Position numbers and translations under genes: made by a program | From: Comamonadaceae bacterium | Lineage (GTDB): Bacteria; Pseudomonadota; Gammaproteobacteria; Burkholderiales; Burkholderiaceae_C | Assembly (NCBI GenBank): GCA_031414805.1 | Contig: JANOQJ010000088.1 | Coordinates: forward strand, 12,882-76,881 | Reading direction: 5' to 3' | Length of the DNA stretch: 64,000 nt | In this document: positions 37,301-45,385 of the stretch, one piece after another | How positions within the stretch are numbered: the first letter of the stretch is position 1 | Layout of the letters: each line of letters starts with the position of its first letter | Notes under the pieces: generated by a model | What the model was told of the DNA's origin: nothing | The model's database searches: none | What the model saw: the letters and a program-made list of their open reading frames with translations, nothing else

Positions 37301-39518
37301 GAACGAGCAAGGGTTTTGCGACACTGCAATCGCGATCGCCAACAACCGTGGTGCCTTGTCAGCGCACCGCGCTGCATTGAGGTCACGCATCAGGGGTTCT
37401 GCCCTGTTGGATGGACGTCGCGTTGCATCGCAAATCGAGCAGATCTGTGCGCAGCTAACGCGCGCCAGCACTGCCATCGCCTTCGCGGCAGATGCGAAGA
37501 CGCGTACAAGAGCGCATGCTCAATGGGCGTTAGACGGTTGGCTGAGCCAACCCCGCTGCATCAGCTTGCCGACTCCGGCGTCGGACGCGACACCGGATCT
37601 ATCGGTTGTGGTGGTGCTTTTCAACCAGGCGGGCCTGTCACGCCGCACCCTGCAGGCTTTGGCAGACCAGCAGGGTGTGCGGTTTGAAACCATTGTTGTC
37701 GACAACGCATCAAGTGACCGCACACCGCAGTTGTTGAATCAATTGCAAGGTGCTCGCATCGTCCGCAACACCGCGAACTTGGGATTTTTGCGTGCTGCCA
37801 ACCAAGGCGCAGAGTTGGCGACGGGGCGCTATTTGGCCTTCCTGAACAGTGACGCCATCTTGCAGGAAGGCGCGTTGGCCGCCGCACTGCAGGCGATTCA
37901 GGCTGACTGCAGGATCGGCGCTTTGGGCGGGCGCGTGGTGCTGACCGACGGTGGGCTGCAGGAAGCCGGAAATGTGATCTTCTGCGACGGCAGTGCAGCA
38001 GGAATTGGGCGCGCAGAAGACCCATTTGGATATGCTGCCCGCGCCGCACGGTCAACTGACTATGTATCGGGCGTTTTTCTCCTGACGCCTGTACCGCTGT
38101 GGCGCAGGTTGGGTGGCTTCGACGAGGCATTTGCTCCTGCTTACTACGAAGACACCGATTACTGCGTGCGCGTGTGGCAAACCGGCATGCGTGTGGTCTA
38201 TGAGCCTGCTGTGTTGCTGGAGCACCTGGAGTGGGGCAGCGCCACCGGTGAAAGTGCCACGCACCTCATGCAGCACAACCGCGAGCTGTTTTGCGAACGC
38301 CACAGTGCCTGGCTGCAAGACCAACCACGGCCCGCAGCGCAGCCGCTGGATGCAGACCCTTGGCGCTCGCCAGAAGACCATCCGCGCCGTCCCCGTGTGC
38401 TGTTTGTCGACAATGAAGTGCCGCATATGTTCAAAGGCGGAGGCCTTCCCAGAGCCCGCTTGATGTTGCAGGCCCTGCGCGATTGGCCGGTAACACTGTT
38501 TCCGTTGTGGGCGCTGCACGACGACTGGCGTGCGGTGTACGCCTCGCTTCCAGGCAGCGTTGAAGTTGCGTTGGGACATGGGATGGCGGGACTCGAAGCT
38601 TTTTTGGAACGGCGGCTAGGTGTCTACGACGTATTGCTGGTCAGTCGGCCGCCCAATCTGCAGGCACTGCAACCGCTACGCACTCGCAGACCCGAGCTGT
38701 TTGCGGGCATGCGCCTGGTGTATGACGCCGAAGCGCTGTTTGCAATGCGTGACATTGCCATGGCCGAGGTACAAGGCAGACCGCTTCCGGTGGCCACTGC
38801 GCAGGCGCGTATCGACTGCGAAGTTGCCCTGGCTGCTGATGCGAGCGATGTGCTCGTCGTGTCCGACGGCGACGCTCGACATTTCCAGGCGGCGGGGCAT
38901 CGCACCCACATCCTGAGCCATGGCATTGCCGTGCGTCGCGGTGTACCCGGGTTGAGCCGTCGCAGTGGGCTGTTGTTCATCGGCGCGCTGCACCCTGGAA
39001 CACCCAACGAGGATGGGCTGCTCTGGTTCATCCGCGAGGTGCTACCGCTGCTGCGCCAGAACACGCCCATCGCACCCAAGTTGTCGGTCGTGGGCGTCTG
39101 CCTGTCCGACAAGGTGGCCGCATTCGCCGGACCTGACATTACCGTGCTGGGTCCGCAGGACTCACTGGAGCCGCATTACGACGCCGCACGCGTGTTTGTT
39201 GCACCCGTGCGTTTCGCTGGCGGTGTGCCCGCCAAAGTGATTGAAGCCGCTGCCAACGGCTTACCCACGGTGGCATCGGCGTTGTTGGTGCAGCAGTTGG
39301 GCTGGCGTGACGGGCTGGATATCGTCGGGGCCCGGGATGCCCTCACATTCGCTTCCGGCATCACACGCTTGTTGGACGATGATGTGGCATGGCAGAACCA
39401 ACAACACGCTGCCTGGCAGCAATGCGCACAGCGCTACGACCCTGAACTGTTTGGCCGCGCCTTGCGTGCCGTGCTCAATGCTACCGATGCCGGTGGATCA
39501 AAGGCTCAACGACCCTGA
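34320..39518 (+). CDS. 1732-aa multidomain protein: TPR array, GT41 (OGT/SPINDLY-like), GT2 and GT1/GT4-like domains
   Basis: The TPR array spans about nt 34320-36000. The GT41-type pattern runs from RIAYVAS to IDVVIDVGG, QLGWLG, DVVLDSFPFNGGLSLLDPLWMGVPVVTLAG (about nt 36420-37460). The GT2 part has VVVVLFNQ, VVDNASSDRT, FLNSDA and YYEDTDYC (about nt 37590-38310). The GT-B part has FVAPVRFAGGVPAKVIEAAANGLPTV (about nt 38385-39515). No TM helices were seen. Confidence 0.8.
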   Translation: MATDTAVHQIATAWQCFAAGNLDDALSLARDAYAASPMHRKVCAALGFFLIQAGLLDDAAAVLQPAIENDPEYAPLHWYNGYLRSRQGDVAGAALAFQCACELDPGLDEAAFALAWALHDLGRTKEALPWASHALTLMRTPARLMQMGWLQQVLGNLELAVQAYREAIAGFDPQAAEQPRLRLHLSQCLVRLGQSAEAALLLRDAVKQWPDNAELRTEAAWREHAQGHFPYALQLARDLVRDHPHRAESWHLLGVLHQDSGDLKAADQAFLEAHQRDLGLTDALVRRARIQREFKQFEGAKWLLGLALQHRANDDAAQDQLAQILLDLQETDEARRLLHRRLRVRPDSADLWRLLAVGQLRKQRPQAAARALRKALSLEPGSVEAQRMLGWLSLEEGELVQAVSIVRHLVARLPHDTAAQVQAAFVLSRAGHLAEAEHWAQKAVAQAPALAEAWRALSHVRLRQGWLSEAEFAVQQALQLVPGQPDSLRHLGWVLLASARLGEAQLAFLRAIEAVPGDPVPKLELGEAQRRAGQFTVALQGVNALLAARPTWQPALLLRARLMVEGGVDGAADTCAQLLRSDVRNADAVKVCLRLTGLGNPRARRLLSMAALDVLRTVWRDAIVEASHTQGQAYLAMLIRAASEDMDTDPWIATAALYANALSPQSTAVGLAVQARDWYRGLKVRSGLAPFAAAPLHRRSDERPRIAYVASQLHQSLLRRVLAAHTADQAQVFLYTCHPFYGLPSHIHLLPLVPETLAESCAANRIDVVIDVGGLHPFEGQFGLLEAYARRLAPVQLGWLGCWGSTGGLFDGLLADDAAIPPQHAVGYEEPVFPLRGGQWCWDPPLAAPDTRPPPSLTHGGTTYGVTARSLKLSEPCLDAFARVVARTPMSTIRFIGRVADDWPLRRQVLACMHAHGVGTGRVFFDPFRPHAAYLEWFGRVDVVLDSFPFNGGLSLLDPLWMGVPVVTLAGSWAGARQGASVLAALGLTGWVAENEQGFCDTAIAIANNRGALSAHRAALRSRIRGSALLDGRRVASQIEQICAQLTRASTAIAFAADAKTRTRAHAQWALDGWLSQPRCISLPTPASDATPDLSVVVVLFNQAGLSRRTLQALADQQGVRFETIVVDNASSDRTPQLLNQLQGARIVRNTANLGFLRAANQGAELATGRYLAFLNSDAILQEGALAAALQAIQADCRIGALGGRVVLTDGGLQEAGNVIFCDGSAAGIGRAEDPFGYAARAARSTDYVSGVFLLTPVPLWRRLGGFDEAFAPAYYEDTDYCVRVWQTGMRVVYEPAVLLEHLEWGSATGESATHLMQHNRELFCERHSAWLQDQPRPAAQPLDADPWRSPEDHPRRPRVLFVDNEVPHMFKGGGLPRARLMLQALRDWPVTLFPLWALHDDWRAVYASLPGSVEVALGHGMAGLEAFLERRLGVYDVLLVSRPPNLQALQPLRTRRPELFAGMRLVYDAEALFAMRDIAMAEVQGRPLPVATAQARIDCEVALAADASDVLVVSDGDARHFQAAGHRTHILSHGIAVRRGVPGLSRRSGLLFIGALHPGTPNEDGLLWFIREVLPLLRQNTPIAPKLSVVGVCLSDKVAAFAGPDITVLGPQDSLEPHYDAARVFVAPVRFAGGVPAKVIEAAANGLPTVASALLVQQLGWRDGLDIVGARDALTFASGITRLLDDDVAWQNQQHAAWQQCAQRYDPELFGRALRAVLNATDAGGSKAQRP

Positions 39519-40450
39519 ACGGGCGCTTCGCTGCTGGCGCGATGAGAGCGCGCAATCACGCAGCTGAAGTGGTGCTCCAAGCGTCCCAATCGATCCCAGT
39601 CGTCTTCCGTATCGATCAACGCCTGCAGCCAGGGCTTGGCCTCGGGCGCATGAAAGTTCTGGGCGACATCGGCCAGCAGCACATGCAGCAGTGAGCCGCC
39701 ATAAGGCCGCTGTGCCACGACCCGAAAGTGCGTTGAGAGCAGCGGCACAATTTGCGATGAATGCACCGCCTCGCTCGGGTCAATCGCCACCACCTCGGCT
39801 ACCGTGGGCGCACGGAAACCTCCCTTGACCATGCCGACTTTGGTGGTGAGCAAACGGTCAGGCAGCAGATCAGCCAGCGCTATGAGCTGCGCGATATTGG
39901 CAGGCGAATACTGGAAACGATCAGGCCCGACGTATTCGTCCAGATAAAACCAGCCTCCTGGTACGAGCAACTGCCTCAGCGCCGAATACAAGCTGCCCAG
40001 CTCTGAGCAATGGTGAACACTTGCGACGCCGATCACGGCATCGAAACTGCCGGGAAGAAAAGGGGCCTGCCCAACCGGTATGTCGTCCATGCTGGCCAGC
40101 ACGTGCTGTATTGACGCGATACCGGACGATGCCTGCGCTGCCACGGCAAGCACTTTAGGCGATAAGTCGAAAGCCACGATCTGTTTTGCCCAGCCCGTGG
40201 CATACAACTCCCGCTCCACATGGCCGGCACCGCAGCCCAGCACCAGCACGCGGCCTAACGGCAAACTGCATGCGGCTGCCAGGTGCTGGCCAAACCAGGC
40301 CAGGGGTGTCACGTCCGGATCGCCGCTGACCCGACGGTTGATCAGTCGCTGGATTTCGTCCAGATGCGCCCACTGCTGGCCATTGGCCACCCAGGTGTCG
40401 GGGTTGCCCCACGCAAGATCCAGCTTGTCCGAGAGGGTGCTCTCAGGCAT
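39506..40450 (-). CDS. class I SAM-dependent methyltransferase
   Basis: VLVLGCGAGH motif I and FDAVIGVASVHH. Start ATG at 40450 (MPESTL). Its 3' end overlaps the convergent giant gene by 13 nt. Confidence 0.75.
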   Translation of the reverse strand: MPESTLSDKLDLAWGNPDTWVANGQQWAHLDEIQRLINRRVSGDPDVTPLAWFGQHLAAACSLPLGRVLVLGCGAGHVERELYATGWAKQIVAFDLSPKVLAVAAQASSGIASIQHVLASMDDIPVGQAPFLPGSFDAVIGVASVHHCSELGSLYSALRQLLVPGGWFYLDEYVGPDRFQYSPANIAQLIALADLLPDRLLTTKVGMVKGGFRAPTVAEVVAIDPSEAVHSSQIVPLLSTHFRVVAQRPYGGSLLHVLLADVAQNFHAPEAKPWLQALIDTEDDWDRLGRLEHHFSCVIARSHRASSEAPVQGR

Positions 40451-41204
40451 CGATTGAATCTTGTCGCGCGGGGCGTTCGCAGACGACCGTGAAGAGCACC
40501 ACCTCCCGGCCACCCTCTGCGGGCTGCGGTTGGCTGTGAAATATCACCCGGGCTTCGGTAAAGCCTAACAAGCCCAAGGCAGAGATAAAAAACTGCGGCG
40601 TGAAATGCCACCAGGTGTGCACCTGCTCCACACCGCGGTGAGGAAGAAAGGCACACGCAGCCTGCTCGCCTAGCGACGCGTTGTAAACCTCAGTTACCAC
40701 GACTGTTTTGCGGGTGCGCAGTGCAACACTTTCCAGCAGATCAAACGGACGTCGGCAATGCAGGAGCACAGCAGCCAGCACGCCGATATCAAATCTGCCA
40801 ATCGCTTCAGGTATTTTGTACGGATCGACTTCAATCATGCGTACCGACGAGTTGAACTCGCGGTGTACATACCAAAACGAGTTGCGCACCCGCTCGATCT
40901 GACGGGCAAAGTCGCGCCGCCACGCGGCCAGGTCAAACCCTTCAAACGGAATCACATCCCACAGATGAGACATGGGTGGCTCAAGGCAGGTCACCGTGGC
41001 ACCCGCGTGCTCCATGTAGAACGACAAAAAGCCGCTGGCCGGACCAACCTCCAGAACCGAACGCCCCGCAAAGTCAACGTGCCCCAGGTAAGCGGCGGTT
41101 TGGGCTCGCAAATCCCATTGCCCCATCACCTCACCGCTGGGTAACGAGAAGGAGTGATAAAAGTCACAGTCTTCACGATTTGGGAAGCGCGGCTGAATAT
41201 GCAT
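40443..41204 (-). CDS. class I SAM-dependent methyltransferase (DUF1698/CmoB-like fold suspected)
   Basis: FYHSFSLPSGEV and VLEVGPASGF motif I. Overlaps the downstream methyltransferase start by 8 nt. Confidence 0.68.
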   Translation of the reverse strand: MHIQPRFPNREDCDFYHSFSLPSGEVMGQWDLRAQTAAYLGHVDFAGRSVLEVGPASGFLSFYMEHAGATVTCLEPPMSHLWDVIPFEGFDLAAWRRDFARQIERVRNSFWYVHREFNSSVRMIEVDPYKIPEAIGRFDIGVLAAVLLHCRRPFDLLESVALRTRKTVVVTEVYNASLGEQAACAFLPHRGVEQVHTWWHFTPQFFISALGLLGFTEARVIFHSQPQPAEGGREVVLFTVVCERPARQDSIDA

Positions 41205-41274
41205 GGGCTTTGAGTGTGGGGACGCGGGACGTCCATGGCAGGAATCCTACAATAGGTTTTCTGTCGGAGTACGC

Positions 41275-42099
41275 ATGGGTTTTCCACCTGGACACTATTA
41301 CTCACCCGTTGTCGATCCTGCAGATTTGCAGCGACGCGACGCGGAAATCTGGGCACCTCGATCCAGTCTGGTGGGGGTAGACATGCAGATCCCCGCGCAA
41401 CTGGAGTTACTGCAACAGCTGGGCCCTCATGTCACAGCGCTGGACTACCCGGTAGAGGCCCCGCCCGAGCCCGACCGTTACTTCTACCAAAACGGTATGT
41501 TTCCCGTGCTGGACGCAGAGTTCCTGTTCGGCGCTCTGTGCCTGTTCAAGCCCCGACGGGTCATCGAGGTCGGTTCGGGTTATTCGTCGCTGGTGATGGC
41601 AGATGCAAACCGGCGCGTTTTTGGCAGCAGCATCGACATCACGTGCATTGAGCCCTACCCGCGTGATTTTCTGGTGAACGGGGTTGCCGGCATCACACGA
41701 CTGGTGCCTTCGCGCCTGGAGACGCTCGATCCCGCGATGTTTGAGCAACTGGCGGCGGGCGACCTGCTGTTCATTGACTCCTCGCATGTTTGCAAAACCG
41801 GCAGTGACGTGAATTTCCTGTTTTTCCAGGTGCTGCCCAGACTGCAACCCGGCGTGTACGTTCACCTGCACGACATTTTTCTTCCCGACGAATACCCCAA
41901 ACCGTGGTTGCTGCAAGAGGGCCGCAGCTGGAACGAGCAATACCTGTTGCACGCCTTCCTGATGCACAACCACCACTGGCGGGTGGTCTGGATGGCGCAT
42001 TACCTGCTAACCCGTCACCCGCAGGCCATCAACTCGGTGTTTCCGCGCTGCCCGATGCTAGGCGGGGGTGGCAGCTTCTGGATGCAGCGGGTGAAGTAG
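41275..42099 (+). CDS. class I SAM-dependent methyltransferase (Methyltransf_24-like)
   Basis: PPGHYYSPV, VIEVGSGYSS and LLFIDSSH motifs. ATG 41275 inside ORF 41203..42099. Confidence 0.7.
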   Translation: MGFPPGHYYSPVVDPADLQRRDAEIWAPRSSLVGVDMQIPAQLELLQQLGPHVTALDYPVEAPPEPDRYFYQNGMFPVLDAEFLFGALCLFKPRRVIEVGSGYSSLVMADANRRVFGSSIDITCIEPYPRDFLVNGVAGITRLVPSRLETLDPAMFEQLAAGDLLFIDSSHVCKTGSDVNFLFFQVLPRLQPGVYVHLHDIFLPDEYPKPWLLQEGRSWNEQYLLHAFLMHNHHWRVVWMAHYLLTRHPQAINSVFPRCPMLGGGGSFWMQRVK

Positions 42100-42116
42100 T
42101 CAGCCTGCTGTGCGCT

Positions 42117-43583
42117 TCACGCCACGCGGCAGATTTTCAGCATGTTCGTCCCGCCCGGCGCGCCCATGGGCTCGCCGCAGGTGATGGCATACACATCACC
42201 ACTGCTGACGATGCCGCGCTTTTTTAGATGGCCTTCGGCTTCCAGCAGCGCGGTGTCGCGGTCGACGCTGGTGTCCATCAGCAGCGGGCGCACGTTGCGG
42301 TACAGCGCCATTTTTCGCTGCGTGGTCACGCGCGGCGTGAGGGCGTAAATGGGCACATGAATGCGGTGGCGGCTCATCCACAAGGCGGTCGAGCCGCTGT
42401 CGGTCAGCGCCACGATGGCTTTGGCACCCAGGTGGTGGGCGGTGAACAAAGCGCCCATGGCAATCGACTGGTCGATGCGGTTGAAGGCCATGTCGGTGAA
42501 GTCGGCGTCCAGCTTCACGTCTTCGGCTTTTTCGGCTTCCAGACAGATGTTGGCCATCTCGATCACGGTTTCCAGCGGGTATTTGCCCGCAGCCGTCTCG
42601 GCGCTGAGCATGACGGCGTCGGTACCGTCCAGCACGGCGTTGGCCACGTCGCTCACCTCGGCGCGGGTGGGCACCGGGTTGGTGATCATCGACTCCATCA
42701 TTTGCGTGGCGGTGATCACCACCTTATCGCTCTCGCGGGCCATGCGGATCATGCGTTTTTGCAGCGCGGGTACCGCCGCGTTGCCCACTTCCACCGCCAG
42801 ATCACCGCGCGCCACCATGATGCCGTCGCTGGCGTCCAGAATGGCTTGCAGGTGCGGAATGGCCTCGGCGCGCTCGATTTTGGCAATCATTCCCGGCTTG
42901 TGCCGCCACTCGGCCCCGGCCACGTTGCACAGCTGACGGGCCATTTCCATGTCGGTGGCGTTTTTGGGGAAGCTCACCGCCACGTAATCAGCCTGAAAGC
43001 TCATGGCGGTTCGAATGTCTTCCATGTCTTTGGCTGTCAACGCCGGGGCGGTGAGGCCACCGCCTTGTTTGTTGATGCCTTTGTTATTCGACAACTCGCC
43101 GCCCAGTTTGACGGTGGTGTGCACCTCTTCGCCATGCACCGCGTCCACAGTGAGCACGATCAAACCGTCGTTGAGCAGCAGCAGATCGCCGGCTTTTACA
43201 TCGCGCGGCAGCTCTTTGTAGTCCAGCCCCACGCCGTTGATGTCGCCTGGCTCGGTACGCGAGGCATCCAGCACAAACTGGGCACCAGGCTCCAGCATCA
43301 CCTTGCCTTCTGAAAACTTGCCCACGCGTATTTTTGGCCCTTGCAGGTCGGCCATGATGGCCACCTCGCGCCCCGCACGGGTGGCAGCGGCGCGCACCAG
43401 AGCGGCTCGGTCAATGTGGTCTTGCGCCTTGCCATGGCTGAAGTTCAGCCGCACCACGTTCACACCGGCCTCAATGATTTTTTGAAGCAACGCGGGGTCG
43501 CTGGAGGCGGGGCCCAGGGTGGCGACGATTTTGGTGGCGCGGCGAGGGGCCGGGCTGGGGGTGCTTTTTTGGCGGTTTGGCAA
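42117..43583 (-). CDS. pyk: pyruvate kinase
   Basis: TKIVATLGPAS, NFSHG, MVARGDLAVE and ITATQMLESM-like motifs. Confidence 0.95.
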   Translation of the reverse strand: MPNRQKSTPSPAPRRATKIVATLGPASSDPALLQKIIEAGVNVVRLNFSHGKAQDHIDRAALVRAAATRAGREVAIMADLQGPKIRVGKFSEGKVMLEPGAQFVLDASRTEPGDINGVGLDYKELPRDVKAGDLLLLNDGLIVLTVDAVHGEEVHTTVKLGGELSNNKGINKQGGGLTAPALTAKDMEDIRTAMSFQADYVAVSFPKNATDMEMARQLCNVAGAEWRHKPGMIAKIERAEAIPHLQAILDASDGIMVARGDLAVEVGNAAVPALQKRMIRMARESDKVVITATQMMESMITNPVPTRAEVSDVANAVLDGTDAVMLSAETAAGKYPLETVIEMANICLEAEKAEDVKLDADFTDMAFNRIDQSIAMGALFTAHHLGAKAIVALTDSGSTALWMSRHRIHVPIYALTPRVTTQRKMALYRNVRPLLMDTSVDRDTALLEAEGHLKKRGIVSSGDVYAITCGEPMGAPGGTNMLKICRVA

Positions 43584-43656
43584 GGCTGTCTCCGTTCGGT
43601 TGAGCCTATATTCTTACCGCACGGGGTTACCAATTGGGTACAGGTTTGAATTGGTT

Positions 43657-43720
43657 GCTATTAGTTATATAGCTGGTTGAGCAGTATTTAAAAGGGCTAG
43701 AAGGCTATTTCACTCATAAA
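43657..43720 (+). repeat. structured ~60-nt repeat, pyk-pgk intergenic
   Basis: gctattagttatatagctggttgagcagtatttaaaagggctagaaggctatttcactcataaa. Confidence 0.88.
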
Positions 43721-43730
43721 CAATGCACCC

Positions 43731-44933
43731 TTAGCTGGACGAAGCAACGGCCCGTTTTTGCAAAATCTCGAACGCAGGCAGTGTTTTGCCCTCCAGCACC
43801 TCCAGAAAAGCACCGCCGCCGGTAGAGATGTAGTCCACCTCTTTTTCGATGCCGTATTTGGCAATGGCCGCCAGCGTGTCGCCGCCGCCAGCAATGCTGA
43901 AGGCGTTCGACGCGGCAATCGCGCGCGCAAGGGTCTCGGTGCCCCCGGCAAAGGCGTCGAACTCGAACACGCCCACCGGGCCGTTCCACACAATCGTGCC
44001 GGCCTTCTGCAGTTGCGTGGCCAGGCGGGCGGCGGTTTGCGGGCCGATGTCCAGAATCAAATCATCGGGCTCTACGTCGGTGGCGGCTTTGGTGGTGGCC
44101 ACCGCGTCGGCAGCAAAGGTTTTGGCTGTGACCACGTCGGTGGGAATGGGCACCTCGGCACCGCGTGCGCGCATCGCATCCATCACGGCTTTGGCGTCGC
44201 CCACCAAATCGGCTTCGGCCAGGCTCTTGCCAATGGGCAAACCAGCGGCCAGCAAGAAGGTGTTGGCAATGCCGCCGCCCACAATCAGTTGATCCACCTT
44301 GCCCGCCAGGGCTTGCAAAATCGTCAATTTGCTGGACACCTTGGAACCGCCCACGATGGCCACCAGGGGACGCCTGGGCTTGGCCAGGGCCAGCGTGATG
44401 GCATCCATCTCGGCGGCCAGTAAAGGTCCAGCACAGGCCACAGCCGCAAACTGGGCAATGCCGTAGGTGGACGCTTCGGCGCGGTGGGCGGTTCCAAAGG
44501 CATCGTGTACAAAGATGTCGCACAGCGCAGCCATTTTTTGAGCCAGCGTGGCGCTGTTTTTCTTCTCGCCCACGTTCACACGGCAGTTTTCCAGCAGCAC
44601 CAATTGGCCCGGTTCCACAACCACGCCGTCCAACCAATCAGCCCGCAGCGGCACCGGGCGGCCAAGCAGTTCCGACAGGCGATCGGCCACGGGCTGCAGC
44701 GAGTCTTGCGGCTGAAACTGACCTTCAGTGGGCCGCCCCAGGTGCGACGTGACCATGACGGCAGCGCCCGCGTCCAGCGCCATCCGGATGCAGGGCAGCG
44801 AGGCCCGAATGCGCGTGTCTTCGGTGATATTTCCCGCGTCGTCTTGCGGCACGTTCAGGTCAGCACGAATAAAAACCCGTTTGCCAGCCACGAGGCCTTG
44901 GGCACAGAGATCGGAAAAGCGGATGACGTTCAT
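43731..44933 (-). CDS. pgk: phosphoglycerate kinase
   Basis: RADLNVP, SHLGRP, GGAKVSxK-type GGSKVSSK and GGGDT motifs. ATG 44933 (MNVIRF). Confidence 0.95.
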   Translation of the reverse strand: MNVIRFSDLCAQGLVAGKRVFIRADLNVPQDDAGNITEDTRIRASLPCIRMALDAGAAVMVTSHLGRPTEGQFQPQDSLQPVADRLSELLGRPVPLRADWLDGVVVEPGQLVLLENCRVNVGEKKNSATLAQKMAALCDIFVHDAFGTAHRAEASTYGIAQFAAVACAGPLLAAEMDAITLALAKPRRPLVAIVGGSKVSSKLTILQALAGKVDQLIVGGGIANTFLLAAGLPIGKSLAEADLVGDAKAVMDAMRARGAEVPIPTDVVTAKTFAADAVATTKAATDVEPDDLILDIGPQTAARLATQLQKAGTIVWNGPVGVFEFDAFAGGTETLARAIAASNAFSIAGGGDTLAAIAKYGIEKEVDYISTGGGAFLEVLEGKTLPAFEILQKRAVASSS

Positions 44934-44968
44934 GGCGGTGTGCACGGGTTAAGTGAAACGATTGAGTT

Positions 44969-45031
44969 GCTATTAAAATAATAGCTGCTTGAGCATATTT
45001 TATAAGGGCTGATAGCCGTTTTGATACAAAA
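44969..45031 (+). repeat. structured ~60-nt repeat, pgk-azlD intergenic
   Basis: gctattaaaataatagctgcttgagcatattttataagggctgatagccgttttgatacaaaa. Confidence 0.88.
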
Positions 45032-45049
45032 CAGTTACGGGTCGGCCTG

Positions 45050-45385
45050 TCACCACCCCAGCCCCAGGCGCAAGGGCAGGTAAACCGCCATGCCCACCAC
45101 GATGGTGCCCAGCACACCTTTGCGCCAGAAAAACCAGGCGCTGCCAGCGGCTGCAGCAAACAGGGGCGCGTCTTGCCAGGTGTTCACCAATTGCCCTTGC
45201 GTGGCCACCACCTCCGGCACCACCACGGCGGCGAGCGCGGCAATCGGCGCGTAGGGCAGGCCGCGGGCGGCCCAGGCGGGCAGCGGCCAAGGTTTGCTGG
45301 CAATGAAGAAAAAGCAGCGGGTCAGCACCGTCATGCCTGCCAGGCACGCAATGATGAGCAGGGTGTAGCCGTCGGTCTGGTTCAT
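45050..45385 (-). CDS. azlD: AzlD-family branched-chain amino acid transport protein
   Basis: 111-aa hydrophobic protein. ATGA-type 4-nt overlap with the azlC stop. Confidence 0.75.
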   Translation of the reverse strand: MNQTDGYTLLIIACLAGMTVLTRCFFFIASKPWPLPAWAARGLPYAPIAALAAVVVPEVVATQGQLVNTWQDAPLFAAAAGSAWFFWRKGVLGTIVVGMAVYLPLRLGLGW

